Shown here one piece after another: positions 1 through 9,786 of a stretch of 64,000 nt of DNA (position 1 is the first letter of the stretch; each line of letters begins with the position of its first letter). This DNA is from Acidobacteriota bacterium. Lineage in GTDB: Bacteria > Acidobacteriota > UBA6911 > RPQK01 > JADFOI01. The stretch covers positions 1,312,001-1,376,000 of the forward strand of contig OY760074.1 in assembly GCA_963663035.1 (NCBI GenBank), in the 5' to 3' direction. The notes beneath the pieces are model-generated. The model saw only the letters and a list, made by a program, of their open reading frames with translations, was not told where the DNA came from and did not search any database. Both the position numbers and the translations under genes were made by a program.

Positions 1-362
1 TCGATGGCCAGGAGTTCCTGGATCTCAGGTATCGCATGAGGAGAGGTGCAGGAGATTTCAGAATCCACCTCTACTTCGACCCCGAGACCTTTCGTCACAT
101 GGGCACAACCTACAAGCTCACCATCCCCGCCCCCATGGTTAGAAGCATCGAGGAGTCCGCAAGGCAACGTGACACCCGCATGACCCTAGAAGAGTGGTTC
201 AGTGATTTTCATTCCACGGACGAGTTGGAGCTGCCGGCTCACTGGATGATCCGGCTGACCCTTGACACCGATGCCGGCCCTTTCCTCGCCACATGGGACA
301 TGCACTACCCACAGATTACCCACGATCTGTCTATTGATCCCGAGCTCTTTGTCCTCTATTAA
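1..362 (+). CDS. 3' part of a secreted LolA-like/lipoprotein-sorting-fold hypothetical protein (5' end outside window); paralog of 438..1301
   Basis: Aligns to the C-terminal third of the 438..1301 protein (LDLRYRMRRG...QRDTR.TLEEWFS...ITHDLSIDPELFVLY); frame open to window edge. Confidence 0.75.
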   Translation, partial: DGQEFLDLRYRMRRGAGDFRIHLYFDPETFRHMGTTYKLTIPAPMVRSIEESARQRDTRMTLEEWFSDFHSTDELELPAHWMIRLTLDTDAGPFLATWDMHYPQITHDLSIDPELFVLY

Positions 363-437
363 TTCCCTTCAGCGACCAGAAGTTTCTGGTTGCCTTTGAA
401 CCTTCAAGGAATTACCATCGGTTTAAGTGTCTAAAAC

Positions 438-1301
438 ATGACTTTTCAAAAGAGAGCCAGGCAGCGAAATTTTGCCGCCGTGATGATTCTGGTGGCCCTG
501 CTTGCTTCCGTCCTGGCCCAGGAACCCAAACTGGAACCGGAGGAACTGGTCGCCCGGCACCTGGAGGCTCTCGGCCCTCCTGAGATCCTGTCGGCTCTCC
601 AGAATCGCACCGCACAGGGAGTCGGGAAATTGAACGTTCTCATGGGAGGCTTCGGTACTCTGGAGGGGCCGGCTATCTTTGTTTCAGAAGAACGTAAGAT
701 CTTTTTGTCCATTCAATTCGACTATACCAACTATGCCGCTGAACAGGTCTCCTTTGATGGTGATAAGGCCTATCTGGGCTATATTGACAGTGGAGTTCGT
801 TCTGAACTCGGGGAGTTCCTCTACCGGTATGATGAAATCATCAAGGAAGGCCTTCTAGGCGGGGTACTCTCCACAGGTTGGCCCCTTCTCGACCTGGAAG
901 GCAGGAGGCCCAGGTTGAACTACCGGGGTCTGAAAAAGGTCAATGGCCAGGAGATGTTAGATCTCAGGTATCGCATGAGGAGAGGGGGAACAGATTTCAA
1001 CATGCACCTCTACTTTGAGCCCAAGTCCTTTCGTCACCGGGCCACCACCTACCAAATCACGATCCCTGCCGGTATAGGCACTAGCATCGAGCAATCCTCA
1101 AGGCAACGGGACACCCGATTCACGCTTGAGGAGTGGTTCAGCGAATTTCGTTCCGTTGATGGGTTGGACTTGCCGACTCAGTGGACGATTGAACTGACTC
1201 TCGCAACCACGAGTGGCACCTACCTTGCCAAGTGGGAGATGAACTACTCACAGATTACCCACGATCTGTCTATTGATCCCGAGCTCTTTGTCCTCTATTA
1301 A
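438..1301 (+). CDS. secreted hypothetical protein, LolA-like/outer-membrane lipoprotein-sorting fold
   Basis: Signal peptide (VLA-Q), 'ELVARHLEALG' N-helix, beta-rich body ending 'IDPELF'. Confidence 0.6.
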   Translation: MTFQKRARQRNFAAVMILVALLASVLAQEPKLEPEELVARHLEALGPPEILSALQNRTAQGVGKLNVLMGGFGTLEGPAIFVSEERKIFLSIQFDYTNYAAEQVSFDGDKAYLGYIDSGVRSELGEFLYRYDEIIKEGLLGGVLSTGWPLLDLEGRRPRLNYRGLKKVNGQEMLDLRYRMRRGGTDFNMHLYFEPKSFRHRATTYQITIPAGIGTSIEQSSRQRDTRFTLEEWFSEFRSVDGLDLPTQWTIELTLATTSGTYLAKWEMNYSQITHDLSIDPELFVLY

Positions 1302-1392
1302 AACTCCCAAAGACCCCCACCAAGCCTGCTGATTTCTTCTCACCCTGGCGCACCCCCCCCTCTTTTCACAGGAATAGGGTATAATAGCTGAC

Positions 1393-1773
1393 ATGAAAAG
1401 GCTTATCGTATGTTCGCTATTGATGCTCTTTGGTTTGGGGACTGTTCTCTGGGCTCAGGATTTTGATTATTGGGAATGGACAGATGACCGTGATCATTTC
1501 TGGGCAGTTGCTCAAGAGCAACTCTACACCCATGTTGGGACGTTGGGCAATGACGTTTACGGAGGAGAGTCGCGACTGGTCATGAACTGGGAGTTTCCAG
1601 CGATGACGGGACAGCTGATTCTGATTGAATCTCGGGATCATCCACACCGGGAGATCCGTGAGGTTATGCACGTCCATGGAGACGACCTACTCCTGACTGA
1701 GAGGTTGGACTTCGACTATCTGGCGGGTGCCAGGCTCTATCAGCTGTCAAATAATCAGGTGCTGCCGAGGTAA
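1393..1773 (+). CDS. secreted hypothetical protein
   Basis: Signal peptide MKRLIVCSLLMLFGLGTVLWA-Q; TATAAT just upstream. Confidence 0.6.
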   Translation: MKRLIVCSLLMLFGLGTVLWAQDFDYWEWTDDRDHFWAVAQEQLYTHVGTLGNDVYGGESRLVMNWEFPAMTGQLILIESRDHPHREIREVMHVHGDDLLLTERLDFDYLAGARLYQLSNNQVLPR

Positions 1774-1801
1774 CTTCCAGCGGCGTTAGCCTGTCTCTCC
1801 G

Positions 1802-2545
1802 TTATTTCTCAGCCCCGGCTTGCTCGAGCACTTCTATGATCTCCAGGCGATCCATAGCCACGGCTGTCTGATAGGGAGTCCGGCCGGCCAGGTCCTTAGC
1901 GTTCACTTCCGCTCCTGCTTCCAGCAAAGCTCTCACCGTCTGGATCTGATTGACCACCACGCCTAACATCAAGGGAGTTATATCTGATTCGTTACCGATA
2001 TTGACATCCGTTCCCGCCCTGATTAAGGTTCCGATCGTTTCACTCTCCTCAACCAGCGCATTGAACAAAGCGGTTTGGCCCTTCTCGTCTTTTGCATTGA
2101 GATCAGCTCCCGCCTCAATCAGAACGTCTACGATCGGGATGTACTCCAGAAGGACCGCATGAATGAGGGGTGTGAGACCATCCCCGGTTTTCACATTAAC
2201 ATCCGCGCCTGCCTCCATCAAGGTCCTGACGGTGTCGATATGGTTTCCCCCGACTGCCCAAAACAGGGCATTCCTGCCCAACTTGTCTTGCCTGTTCACG
2301 TTCGCGCCTTCATCCAACAAGAACTCGACAGTTCTGGTCTTGCCAAACATTGACATGGCAATGAGGGCAGACCAGCCTTCCTCGTTTTGGGTGTTTACAT
2401 CCGCGCCTTCCTTCAGTAAAGCCTGGATTTTCTCACCATCTCCGTTTTCCACCGCTTCCATGAACTCGGAGTCCACATCTCGTGTGCAGGTTGTCAACGG
2501 AAGGAAAAGAGCCAGGACTATACCCAGAATGGTTTTTCGCGACAT
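1802..2545 (-). CDS. ankyrin-repeat (lipo)protein
   Basis: About 6 repeats of GxTPLxxA...LLxxGADVN; lipobox-like LTTC; GGAGG before ATG at 2545. Confidence 0.9.
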   Translation of the reverse strand: MSRKTILGIVLALFLPLTTCTRDVDSEFMEAVENGDGEKIQALLKEGADVNTQNEEGWSALIAMSMFGKTRTVEFLLDEGANVNRQDKLGRNALFWAVGGNHIDTVRTLMEAGADVNVKTGDGLTPLIHAVLLEYIPIVDVLIEAGADLNAKDEKGQTALFNALVEESETIGTLIRAGTDVNIGNESDITPLMLGVVVNQIQTVRALLEAGAEVNAKDLAGRTPYQTAVAMDRLEIIEVLEQAGAEK

Positions 2546-2601
2546 AAGGCCTCCCTCGTCCCAAGGAACTGGAATATTACCCATCTTATACTAGGTGACC
2601 C

Positions 2602-2640
2602 TGAGAAGCGAGGTTATGAAATGAGAAGCGAGGTTATGAA
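2602..2640. repeat. 19-bp perfect direct repeat x2 (TGAGAAGCGAGGTTATGAA), period 20, in divergent intergenic region
   Basis: Copies at 2602-2620 and 2622-2640. Confidence 0.85.
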
Positions 2641-2698
2641 TTGTTGATTGACTTGCCCTCAATAATCGTGCCGATAATAGGGTCCACAGGAGGATAGC

Positions 2699-3802
2699 AT
2701 GGCAACCACAGCGGTGCATCAAAACCGACCAGTCTTTCACCAGAGGGCGTTTCACCCACTCGCGTGGGCGGTGATGGCTGGGAGCCTTTGGGTGGAGCTT
2801 TTCTGCCTGCCGACTTTTGGGCAAGAGCAGACAAAACCAGTGATCAAGCTCATTGCCACTGGCGGCACTATTGCGAATACCGCGAGCGGCCGGATCCCCT
2901 TTCAGCAGGTGATCGCAGATATTGAAAAGAACTTCCCCGAGACTCTCGAACTGCTGGACAGTGTGGAGTTCGAAGTTGTCGACCTTTTGCGCATAAGCAG
3001 TCAGGAGTTCTCTTCTGAGGATTTCCTCAACATTGTGCGCACCGTCAACAAAGTCATCGACGAGCCGGGCGTCAAGGGTGTCATTGTGATCCAGGGCACC
3101 TTCAGCACGGAGGAGACAGCCTATTTCCTGCACTTGCTGGTGAAGAGCAACAAGCCTGTCGTCATTGCCAACTCTCAACGTCTCCATGGAACGGTAAGCA
3201 ATGATGGCGACAAAAACTGGGTGGATGCCGTAGCGGTTGTGCTTTCACCTGAGGCCATCGGTAAAGGCGCAATGGTGGTTACCAACCAGACCATCAATTC
3301 AGGTCGAGAGGTACTCAAAACCAGCGTCCGTCCCGGCGCCTTTGTATCGGGAATTTATGGCGTCCTTGGAGTTGTTGAGTCAGACCGGGTGACCTTCTAC
3401 CGGGCGCCCACCCGTCGGCACACCACCACCTCCGAGTTTGACATTGAGACCATTACCACCCTCCCCAAGGTCGAAGTAATATCGGCTTACTATGACGCCG
3501 ACCCGGGGATCATCCAGGCGGCAGTCGATTTAGGTGTTGCCGGGATTGTGATCAATGGCTTTACCAACGGTGGCATTCCCTACAAAGACCAGCAGCCAGC
3601 ATTGGAGGCCTTGGCAGAAGCTGGGATGCCCATAGTTCGCACAGCACGCGGTGGAATAAACAACCGGGTATCGGTCAGCACCCAGGACAACTTTATCGAA
3701 GGAGACAACCTGGTGGCACACAAGGCGCGGATTCTTTTACAGCTGGCTCTCACGAAGACTTCTGATCTCAAAGAAATCCAACGGATATTCGACGAGTACT
3801 AG
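2699..3802 (+). CDS. secreted type II asparaginase/glutaminase family protein with atypical active site
   Basis: ATGGTIA, GTFSTEETAYFL, KPVV...SQR, NLVAHKARILLQLAL...IQRIFDEY. Confidence 0.85.
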   Translation: MATTAVHQNRPVFHQRAFHPLAWAVMAGSLWVELFCLPTFGQEQTKPVIKLIATGGTIANTASGRIPFQQVIADIEKNFPETLELLDSVEFEVVDLLRISSQEFSSEDFLNIVRTVNKVIDEPGVKGVIVIQGTFSTEETAYFLHLLVKSNKPVVIANSQRLHGTVSNDGDKNWVDAVAVVLSPEAIGKGAMVVTNQTINSGREVLKTSVRPGAFVSGIYGVLGVVESDRVTFYRAPTRRHTTTSEFDIETITTLPKVEVISAYYDADPGIIQAAVDLGVAGIVINGFTNGGIPYKDQQPALEALAEAGMPIVRTARGGINNRVSVSTQDNFIEGDNLVAHKARILLQLALTKTSDLKEIQRIFDEY

Positions 3803-4002
3803 AGCCCGGAGAATGCAAAGGTTCTCGTCATGAAGCGGCGAAGGCGCCGGAAAACAGAGCCGTGGGCTTTAGCCCACGGGCCCGCAGGCTAAAGCCTTCG
3901 GCTCCGACTGGCGCGCAAGGGGTACCCGCTTGCGGGTCGTGCAACGCTGGCAGAGCGGATGATTTCGACGCTGCAGTAGAGAACTTATGCATTCTCCGGG
4001 CT
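3803..4002. repeat. palindromic intergenic element copy A (MITE/REPIN-like) with nested REP doublet
   Basis: Terminal IR AGCCCGGAGAATGCA/TGCATTCTCCGGGCT, core GGGGTACCCGCTTGCGGGTCG, CTGCAGTAGA motif. Confidence 0.8.
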
Positions 4003-4861
4003 AAAGTGCGATAAGTGTGGTCAGCAGGTACCCGCCCTCTTTGTCGCTTTTATCCCGGGTTTGGTGAAAGACATCTTCCAGAACCTTGGAACGACAGTAG
4101 GTGGATGCGACCACTTTAAAGAGCTGATCTGCCCTGAATCCGTTCACAGGTTCCTGCAACGATCCCTCCTGAAAAGCCAGGCGCTGCCGTACCAGCTTGG
4201 TTAACTCGTTCCTGGGAGCGTTCGCATAATCTGCCCTTACGCAAACACCCCCTTTCTTGAGGAGACTTCGCAGGTTGCGCGAGATGAGGTTATCGGTGAG
4301 CAGTGAATCGCAAAGTGTCTCTGCATCATCCTCCACCGTCTCCTCCTCGGGATCTGGTTCACGTGTCTGGGCCAGGTAATCCGCTACGGCTTGATCATCC
4401 GGGTGACGGGAATCTGTCTCCTCCTCCGGGTCCGGCAGGTCAGGATCGGGAACGATGTTGGGAAAAACAAAAAGCAGCACATCGGCCTGGCTGCGAGGCA
4501 ACGAAAAATCAGGCAGCTTGCTTTCGATCAACTGTACCCGCTGCCGCCAGTCCAGTCCCATGAACTGAAGGCGTTTACCGGCCAATTCCAGCAAGAGCGA
4601 TGACCCATCGATTCCCGTGAGCCGCGAGTTGGGAAAGCGTCGATAGAGGCGGGTGAGCATATGCCCTGCTCCACAGGCATAGTCGATGATTTTCTCTGGC
4701 GGTCGCCCGAGAAATGAACCCAGGTACTGGGAAATTTTACGGTAGGCGTAACGGTGAGCGCGGTCGCTACTCTGGCTCAGCCACCATTGTCCCAAAGTTT
4801 GATTGTAGGTGCTCGGGCCGCTGTCCAGCTCGTCGTCAAAGTCGATCTTTCTATAATCCAT
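4001..4861 (-). CDS. class I SAM-dependent methyltransferase
   Basis: IIDYACGAG motif I, GIDGS motif II. Confidence 0.8.
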   Translation of the reverse strand: MDYRKIDFDDELDSGPSTYNQTLGQWWLSQSSDRAHRYAYRKISQYLGSFLGRPPEKIIDYACGAGHMLTRLYRRFPNSRLTGIDGSSLLLELAGKRLQFMGLDWRQRVQLIESKLPDFSLPRSQADVLLFVFPNIVPDPDLPDPEEETDSRHPDDQAVADYLAQTREPDPEEETVEDDAETLCDSLLTDNLISRNLRSLLKKGGVCVRADYANAPRNELTKLVRQRLAFQEGSLQEPVNGFRADQLFKVVASTYCRSKVLEDVFHQTRDKSDKEGGYLLTTLIAL

Positions 4862-4905
4862 CCATCAGCTGCGACTTAAAGCTCCAGGGGGAAGGATGAA
4901 TCCTC

Positions 4906-6687
4906 TCAGCGCCCTCCTCCCAAGTAAGGGGTCCTTGCCGGGTAGCGCAGGTAGTTCATCTCCTGCTCGGGGTCCTGGTTGGGATTGACGTAGACAAACT
5001 TTCCATTGGTCATGGTCATCAGAATCGGGATGTCCTTGATCTCTTCGGGAGGGATGGTGAGAATATCTTTCCCAAGCACTACCATGTCCGCATACTTTCC
5101 CGCTTCGATGGACCCCTTCAGGTCCTCTTCAAAGAAGGCCCAAGCTGAGGTGGAAGTGACAGCCCGAATTCCCTCCTCAAGGGTTATCCTCTCTTCTGGT
5201 CGATACACCTTTCCAGACCTGAGCACCCGGGTGACCGCTTCCTGAACGCTGAATAACGGACCGAGCGGCGCCTGATCACTACTGAGGATCACGGGGATGC
5301 CCGCATCCCGATAGGTGGCCACCGGATTGGGGCCGAAATCGGGTCTCTCCGGATTGACCTGGTACCGCTCCAAAGAATCATCGGACCTCAGAAAGTAGCC
5401 GCTGGTCTGTAGGTCAGCAGTAACTCCAAGACGTGCCATGGTATCCAGGTTGGCCTGGGTGGGCTGGCCGATATGGGTGAAGATGTGGCGAGCATCTTCT
5501 CGCGGATACAGTCGATAAGCCTCCTCCAGCGCCTCGGTGGCATTATCGAAACTCTCTGGAGTGGTGATGTGCAGATACAGCTGCCATCCTCTTCTGTGGG
5601 TTTCAATCACCACCGCTTTCACGGTTTCCTTTGCCACCACAAAAGGTTCTCCTCCGGGTACGCCCTTATCCAGGCTCATTTTGAAAGTCCCCAGTCGGAG
5701 AAAATCGTTCCTGAAGGAAGCGTCGAAGAGGAGTGTGTCCATAAGGGCAATGCAGTCCTCGGCGGAGAGGCCCCGTACGGGAATCCGTATCATCGCGTTA
5801 ATGCGGGCAGGCAGTCCTTCTTTCCGCATGGACAACCTTCGATAGGCGCGGTGAGTGGGCACATTGTTGGTGGCTGTCAAGGGGTCCGCCAGAGTAGTTA
5901 TGCCGGCGGGAGCGATGTCCATCTTGAGTGCCCGCGCAATGTTCTCCTCCACTTTGTCCACAGGCCACACGTTCAAATATTGGCCTTCCCGCAGAATGCG
6001 GTGGGCACCCTTTCCAACCACCAGCCCGCTCGGCTGCCCGTTGGGATCCAATTTGAATTCGCCGAAAAGCCCGTCCTTGTAGGGTTGGTAGACATTGCGA
6101 TCGATTCGGGCAGCCCTCAAAAACGCACTGTTGGCGACATTTGCGTAGTCGCCGGAAAAGGTGAGAATGACGGGGTTGTCAGGTGATACCGGGTCTATAT
6201 CGTGCCGGTTGGGCCAGCGCTTCTCTTCAAGCTGGTTCTCGCCAGGTCCTCGCGGAAGCCAAACCAGGTCCCCGGGAGGCGTCTTCTCCACCTTCTGACG
6301 GACAATCTCCACAATGTCCTTGATGGATCTTGCCTGGCTCATTTTTTCGATTAAAGGCTCGGGAGGATCAGCCACTCGCTGGGCCAAATGGACATGAGAA
6401 TCGTGCAGCCCCGGCAAAACCGCTTTTCCTCCCAGGTCAACCATTTCCGTTCCGGCTCCCGCTAAAGGGAGAATCTCACTGTCGGATCCCACCGCTAGAA
6501 TGCGGCCGTCTTTGATGGCAACTGCCTGTGCAATGGAAAAGTCCTCGTCCACGGTCACAATTTTCCCGTTGTGCAAGACCATGTCAGGCGCAAGAACGTC
6601 GGGGGGAGCCGAGGCACACCGGCTCAAAACAAAGGAAAAAAATAGCACAAACAGCGCACTCATCCGTCTCATTTTTCTTGACTGCAT
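4906..6687 (-). CDS. amidohydrolase 3 (YtcJ-like) lipoprotein
   Basis: NGKIVTVD...AVAIKDGRI, PGLHDSHVH, GSIEAGKYADMVVL; lipobox LSRC. Confidence 0.9.
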   Translation of the reverse strand: MQSRKMRRMSALFVLFFSFVLSRCASAPPDVLAPDMVLHNGKIVTVDEDFSIAQAVAIKDGRILAVGSDSEILPLAGAGTEMVDLGGKAVLPGLHDSHVHLAQRVADPPEPLIEKMSQARSIKDIVEIVRQKVEKTPPGDLVWLPRGPGENQLEEKRWPNRHDIDPVSPDNPVILTFSGDYANVANSAFLRAARIDRNVYQPYKDGLFGEFKLDPNGQPSGLVVGKGAHRILREGQYLNVWPVDKVEENIARALKMDIAPAGITTLADPLTATNNVPTHRAYRRLSMRKEGLPARINAMIRIPVRGLSAEDCIALMDTLLFDASFRNDFLRLGTFKMSLDKGVPGGEPFVVAKETVKAVVIETHRRGWQLYLHITTPESFDNATEALEEAYRLYPREDARHIFTHIGQPTQANLDTMARLGVTADLQTSGYFLRSDDSLERYQVNPERPDFGPNPVATYRDAGIPVILSSDQAPLGPLFSVQEAVTRVLRSGKVYRPEERITLEEGIRAVTSTSAWAFFEEDLKGSIEAGKYADMVVLGKDILTIPPEEIKDIPILMTMTNGKFVYVNPNQDPEQEMNYLRYPARTPYLGGGR

Positions 6688-6744
6688 GGTTCCCCTCCTT
6701 CTGAGAGATTCAGTGATGAAATGTTTCCAGCCCTCTTTGCCTGA

Positions 6745-7329
6745 TCAGCGCCGGCGTCTGTACATCCCCTTAGCCAGCTTTTCCACAGGGAAGGCGACAG
6801 ATTTTTTCTCCACAATCTCGCGGGAGTCGATTTCCCCGAAAACAGTCATTCCCTGCCGGTAAATCGGGGACCTTCCCTCGGACCCTCCGTATCGTGGATC
6901 TCGTTCACCTGGTCCTCCCGGGGACCCCACTACTATCCGGCCAATCAGGCCCGCTCCTTCGTGATGCTTGCTGTAATAATCGTAGGTCCCCTCCACATCG
7001 AAGGTCCATTGAAAGGACTCCATGGCGGCCAGCATCCCGGAATCAAAGGGTTGGGCTCCCTCAGGGATTCGCAGTTCATGGTTGTCATGGTCGGGATGAA
7101 AAGCCGTCACACTGGGGGTCCAGCGCAGCGCCGTCCATTTCACCGTCTGTCCGGGCTGGATGAACACTCCCACCGGATCGTAATACCAGAGTCCTCTCCC
7201 GTAATCGAGAACAATGTTGACCTGGACATCCGCTTCTTGAGCCCGGGCTTGATTGATCCTGCCCAGACAAAGAGCGGCTGAGGTCAGCAGGAAATTTCGT
7301 CGACTGAAGCTCTTTTGTAGTTGTTTCAT
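6745..7329 (-). CDS. Tat-exported cupredoxin (halocyanin/plastocyanin-like) with degenerate Cu ligands
   Basis: SRRNFL Tat motif; YDPVGVFIQPGQTVKW; RIPEGAQPFDSG; GTYDYYSKHH..GLIGRIVV. Confidence 0.75.
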   Translation of the reverse strand: MKQLQKSFSRRNFLLTSAALCLGRINQARAQEADVQVNIVLDYGRGLWYYDPVGVFIQPGQTVKWTALRWTPSVTAFHPDHDNHELRIPEGAQPFDSGMLAAMESFQWTFDVEGTYDYYSKHHEGAGLIGRIVVGSPGGPGERDPRYGGSEGRSPIYRQGMTVFGEIDSREIVEKKSVAFPVEKLAKGMYRRRR

Positions 7330-7332
7330 AAC

Positions 7333-8793
7333 TTAGCGACCATCAATACTGAATGCATAAAGGTTATAGGGTGGCGAACGGGTGACGCCGCAGCTGGTGT
7401 AAAGGGTCCCATCGGAAATGGCGATTCCCCCCCGCCGCGCGGCAGGCAGTTGATAGCTCCAGCGGGGTTCTCCTGTCTCTCCATCCAAGGCTTGTACGGT
7501 ACCATCTCTGAAGCCCTGGTAAAAAAGGCCATTGGCGAAAGCAGCTGCTCCCTGACTGCTGGACGCATTGGGTGTCCACCACAGCACCTCCCCTGTGTAG
7601 GAATGCAGCGCCACGGTGGCGGATTGGGCAATTTGACGGGCCTGGGAGCTGGACCCGGAAACCATGTAGATCTTGTCGTTGCCATAGGCGGCACTATTGA
7701 GGGTGGGACCGCCGTTGGTCACGGCAGCCGTCCATAGGTGCTCTCCCGTATAGCGATCGAAGGTGTGAAATCCGGTCTTGCTGCCTGCTCCCACGCACTG
7801 GCGCACTGCTCCCGGGCGGGTTGGATGGGTGCACTCAAAGAGCATGGGGTTGCAGCTGTAATCCATATCAAAGGGATCGGCGGAGCGCAGCTGGTCAAAC
7901 CACAACAGCTCGCCAGACTCCATGTCGTTGGCGATCATGCTTTCACTAAACAGGATGGGTCCCGGCACCTGTCCATGCAAGCTGCCCGTGACGTTGTAGA
8001 CAACTCCGTATTCAGGATCGATGGCGGCGGTTGACCAGATGGAACCTCCACCTTTGGACTCGGGATCGGGGACAGTATTGAAGCGCCATCTGATGGCGCC
8101 TGTTCCTGCATCCAGACAGATGGCTTGGGCGTGACCCGCTGACGTGGAAATTCCAATAAAAACTTTCCCTCCATACACGATAGGAGCTGAATTCGCTCTT
8201 GTCCGATCCACTCCAGCCCGAGGATCTAGAGCAGTCATCCACAGCTCCTTTCCGGAAGACGCATCCAGGCAGTGAACTCTGGCCGTGCCGTCGCCAATAA
8301 AAATTCGACCGTCCCCGTAGGCGGCGCCACCACGCATCTGCCCGTGTGGGTCTACGTTAATATCCACCAGCCGTATACCAGGAGTGGCGGGCTGGATGCC
8401 CTCCCAGGCGTTGAATTTCCACTTCAGAGCGCCGGTTGCGGTATCGACAGCGTAGACATATCCATCATGAGCCCCAAAGTAGAGGCTGTCGCCGATGACA
8501 ATTGGGGTGGCCTGGTTAAAATCCTGGGCTTCCTCAAACATCCACTTCACCTTCAGACGCTCCACATTGCCAGGGCCAATGATCGTCTCGTGGATATTGG
8601 AGCGGGTGCTGCGGATATTGCAGCCCGTTAAAGGCCAGTCGCCCGGCCGGGCACCAGGGGGAAGCTCGCCACCTTGGAGCAGTGCTGAGCCGTAGGCTGT
8701 TCTTCTGTTAGCAAGAAGTCCACCTGCTGCGCCTAGAGCCAGGAGGAATTTCCGGCGGTCCAGAGCCAGCCAATCCCTTTTTCGATGCGACAT
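7333..8793 (-). CDS. Tat-exported PQQ-binding beta-propeller dehydrogenase (PVA dehydrogenase-like)
   Basis: DRRKFL Tat motif; repeated AxDxxTGxxxW tryptophan-docking motifs; GGSIWSTAAID. Confidence 0.8.
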   Translation of the reverse strand: MSHRKRDWLALDRRKFLLALGAAGGLLANRRTAYGSALLQGGELPPGARPGDWPLTGCNIRSTRSNIHETIIGPGNVERLKVKWMFEEAQDFNQATPIVIGDSLYFGAHDGYVYAVDTATGALKWKFNAWEGIQPATPGIRLVDINVDPHGQMRGGAAYGDGRIFIGDGTARVHCLDASSGKELWMTALDPRAGVDRTRANSAPIVYGGKVFIGISTSAGHAQAICLDAGTGAIRWRFNTVPDPESKGGGSIWSTAAIDPEYGVVYNVTGSLHGQVPGPILFSESMIANDMESGELLWFDQLRSADPFDMDYSCNPMLFECTHPTRPGAVRQCVGAGSKTGFHTFDRYTGEHLWTAAVTNGGPTLNSAAYGNDKIYMVSGSSSQARQIAQSATVALHSYTGEVLWWTPNASSSQGAAAFANGLFYQGFRDGTVQALDGETGEPRWSYQLPAARRGGIAISDGTLYTSCGVTRSPPYNLYAFSIDGR

Positions 8794-8868
8794 ACTTCAG
8801 CCAAATAGAAAAAACTCTTGCAAGTTCAATACACCTGTTCCTATTTCTTGTCAAGAGAAGTGCCTCCC

Positions 8869-9786
8869 TCAGGAGAACCGGCGTACCGCTTCGCGGGCCA
8901 GAGCAGAGAGCAGATCTCCCATCAGCACCAGAGCAGCGCCCAGAAGTACCAGGAAAAACATTTCATCGTAGTGAGTGCGTGCCCGCGCATCCTGAATCCA
9001 GTAGCCCAGGGAAACAATCCCCAGCATTCCCAGCACCGTGGCCTCCCTCACACATGTCTCCCATCGGTAAAAGAAAAAGAGAAGAAAGCGAGAGAAAGTG
9101 AGAGGGAAAAGGCCCGTGACAGCGATCTGAAGGTGGGAGGCGCCCAGGCCTCTGAGAGCGGAAAGGGGGCTGGACTCGGTGTTCTCCACCACCTCGGCTC
9201 CCAATTTTCCCAGTATGCCCACGTTGTGCAGTGCCAGAGCCAGCACTGCAGGCCATGCCGTCGGTCCCAGAACAGCCAGCAGGAGAAAGACCCAAAGATA
9301 TTCCGGTATGGCTCGCGCAAAGATGAGGAATGCACGGCTGATCCACACCAACGAGGGCCACAGAAAATCCCGGACCCGGTGGGGACTCCGCAGCGAGGAG
9401 AGAAAAGGTTCCGGCGAAGTGAAGTTCCGAGCAGCAGGAAGGGAGAAGAGGGCCCCTCCAAAGCCCGCCAGCACAATGGCGGCCACAGAGATGGCCAGGG
9501 TCATGACGGTGGCTGACCAGCCCCTCTCGGCCAAAATCTCTCCAGCCCACTGAATGGCAATTCCCACATCAAAATCTCTCCCTTGAAGCGGATAGGGGAC
9601 CAGTTCGTTCAGGAACCTGCCAAGGTTTTGCAGCCGCCGCTGGGAGAGAAAATCGTCCAAATGAAAGTCTCCCACAAACCAGGAGCCGATCATCACTGCC
9701 AGGAGTAAAAGGCCGCTCCAGTGGGCAAACCTGCTGCGGGGACGCCGGCTGCGCAGGTGCCGAAGCTTCAGCTCTCGATCCGTCAT
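8869..9786 (-). CDS. phnE: PhnE/PtxC-like ABC permease
   Basis: RAIPEY, GILGKLGAE, YRWETCVREATVLGMLG; start MTDRE overlaps upstream stop (ATGA). Confidence 0.85.
   Translation of the reverse strand: MTDRELKLRHLRSRRPRSRFAHWSGLLLLAVMIGSWFVGDFHLDDFLSQRRLQNLGRFLNELVPYPLQGRDFDVGIAIQWAGEILAERGWSATVMTLAISVAAIVLAGFGGALFSLPAARNFTSPEPFLSSLRSPHRVRDFLWPSLVWISRAFLIFARAIPEYLWVFLLLAVLGPTAWPAVLALALHNVGILGKLGAEVVENTESSPLSALRGLGASHLQIAVTGLFPLTFSRFLLFFFYRWETCVREATVLGMLGIVSLGYWIQDARARTHYDEMFFLVLLGAALVLMGDLLSALAREAVRRFS

Noticed and set aside
1-1301. Diversity-generating retroelement TR/VR pair
   Set aside because: Differences are not adenine-specific, both copies are coding, and no reverse transcriptase is in the window
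6961-6990. Possible Sec codon at the cupredoxin Cys position
   Set aside because: Codon is AGC (Ser), not TGA
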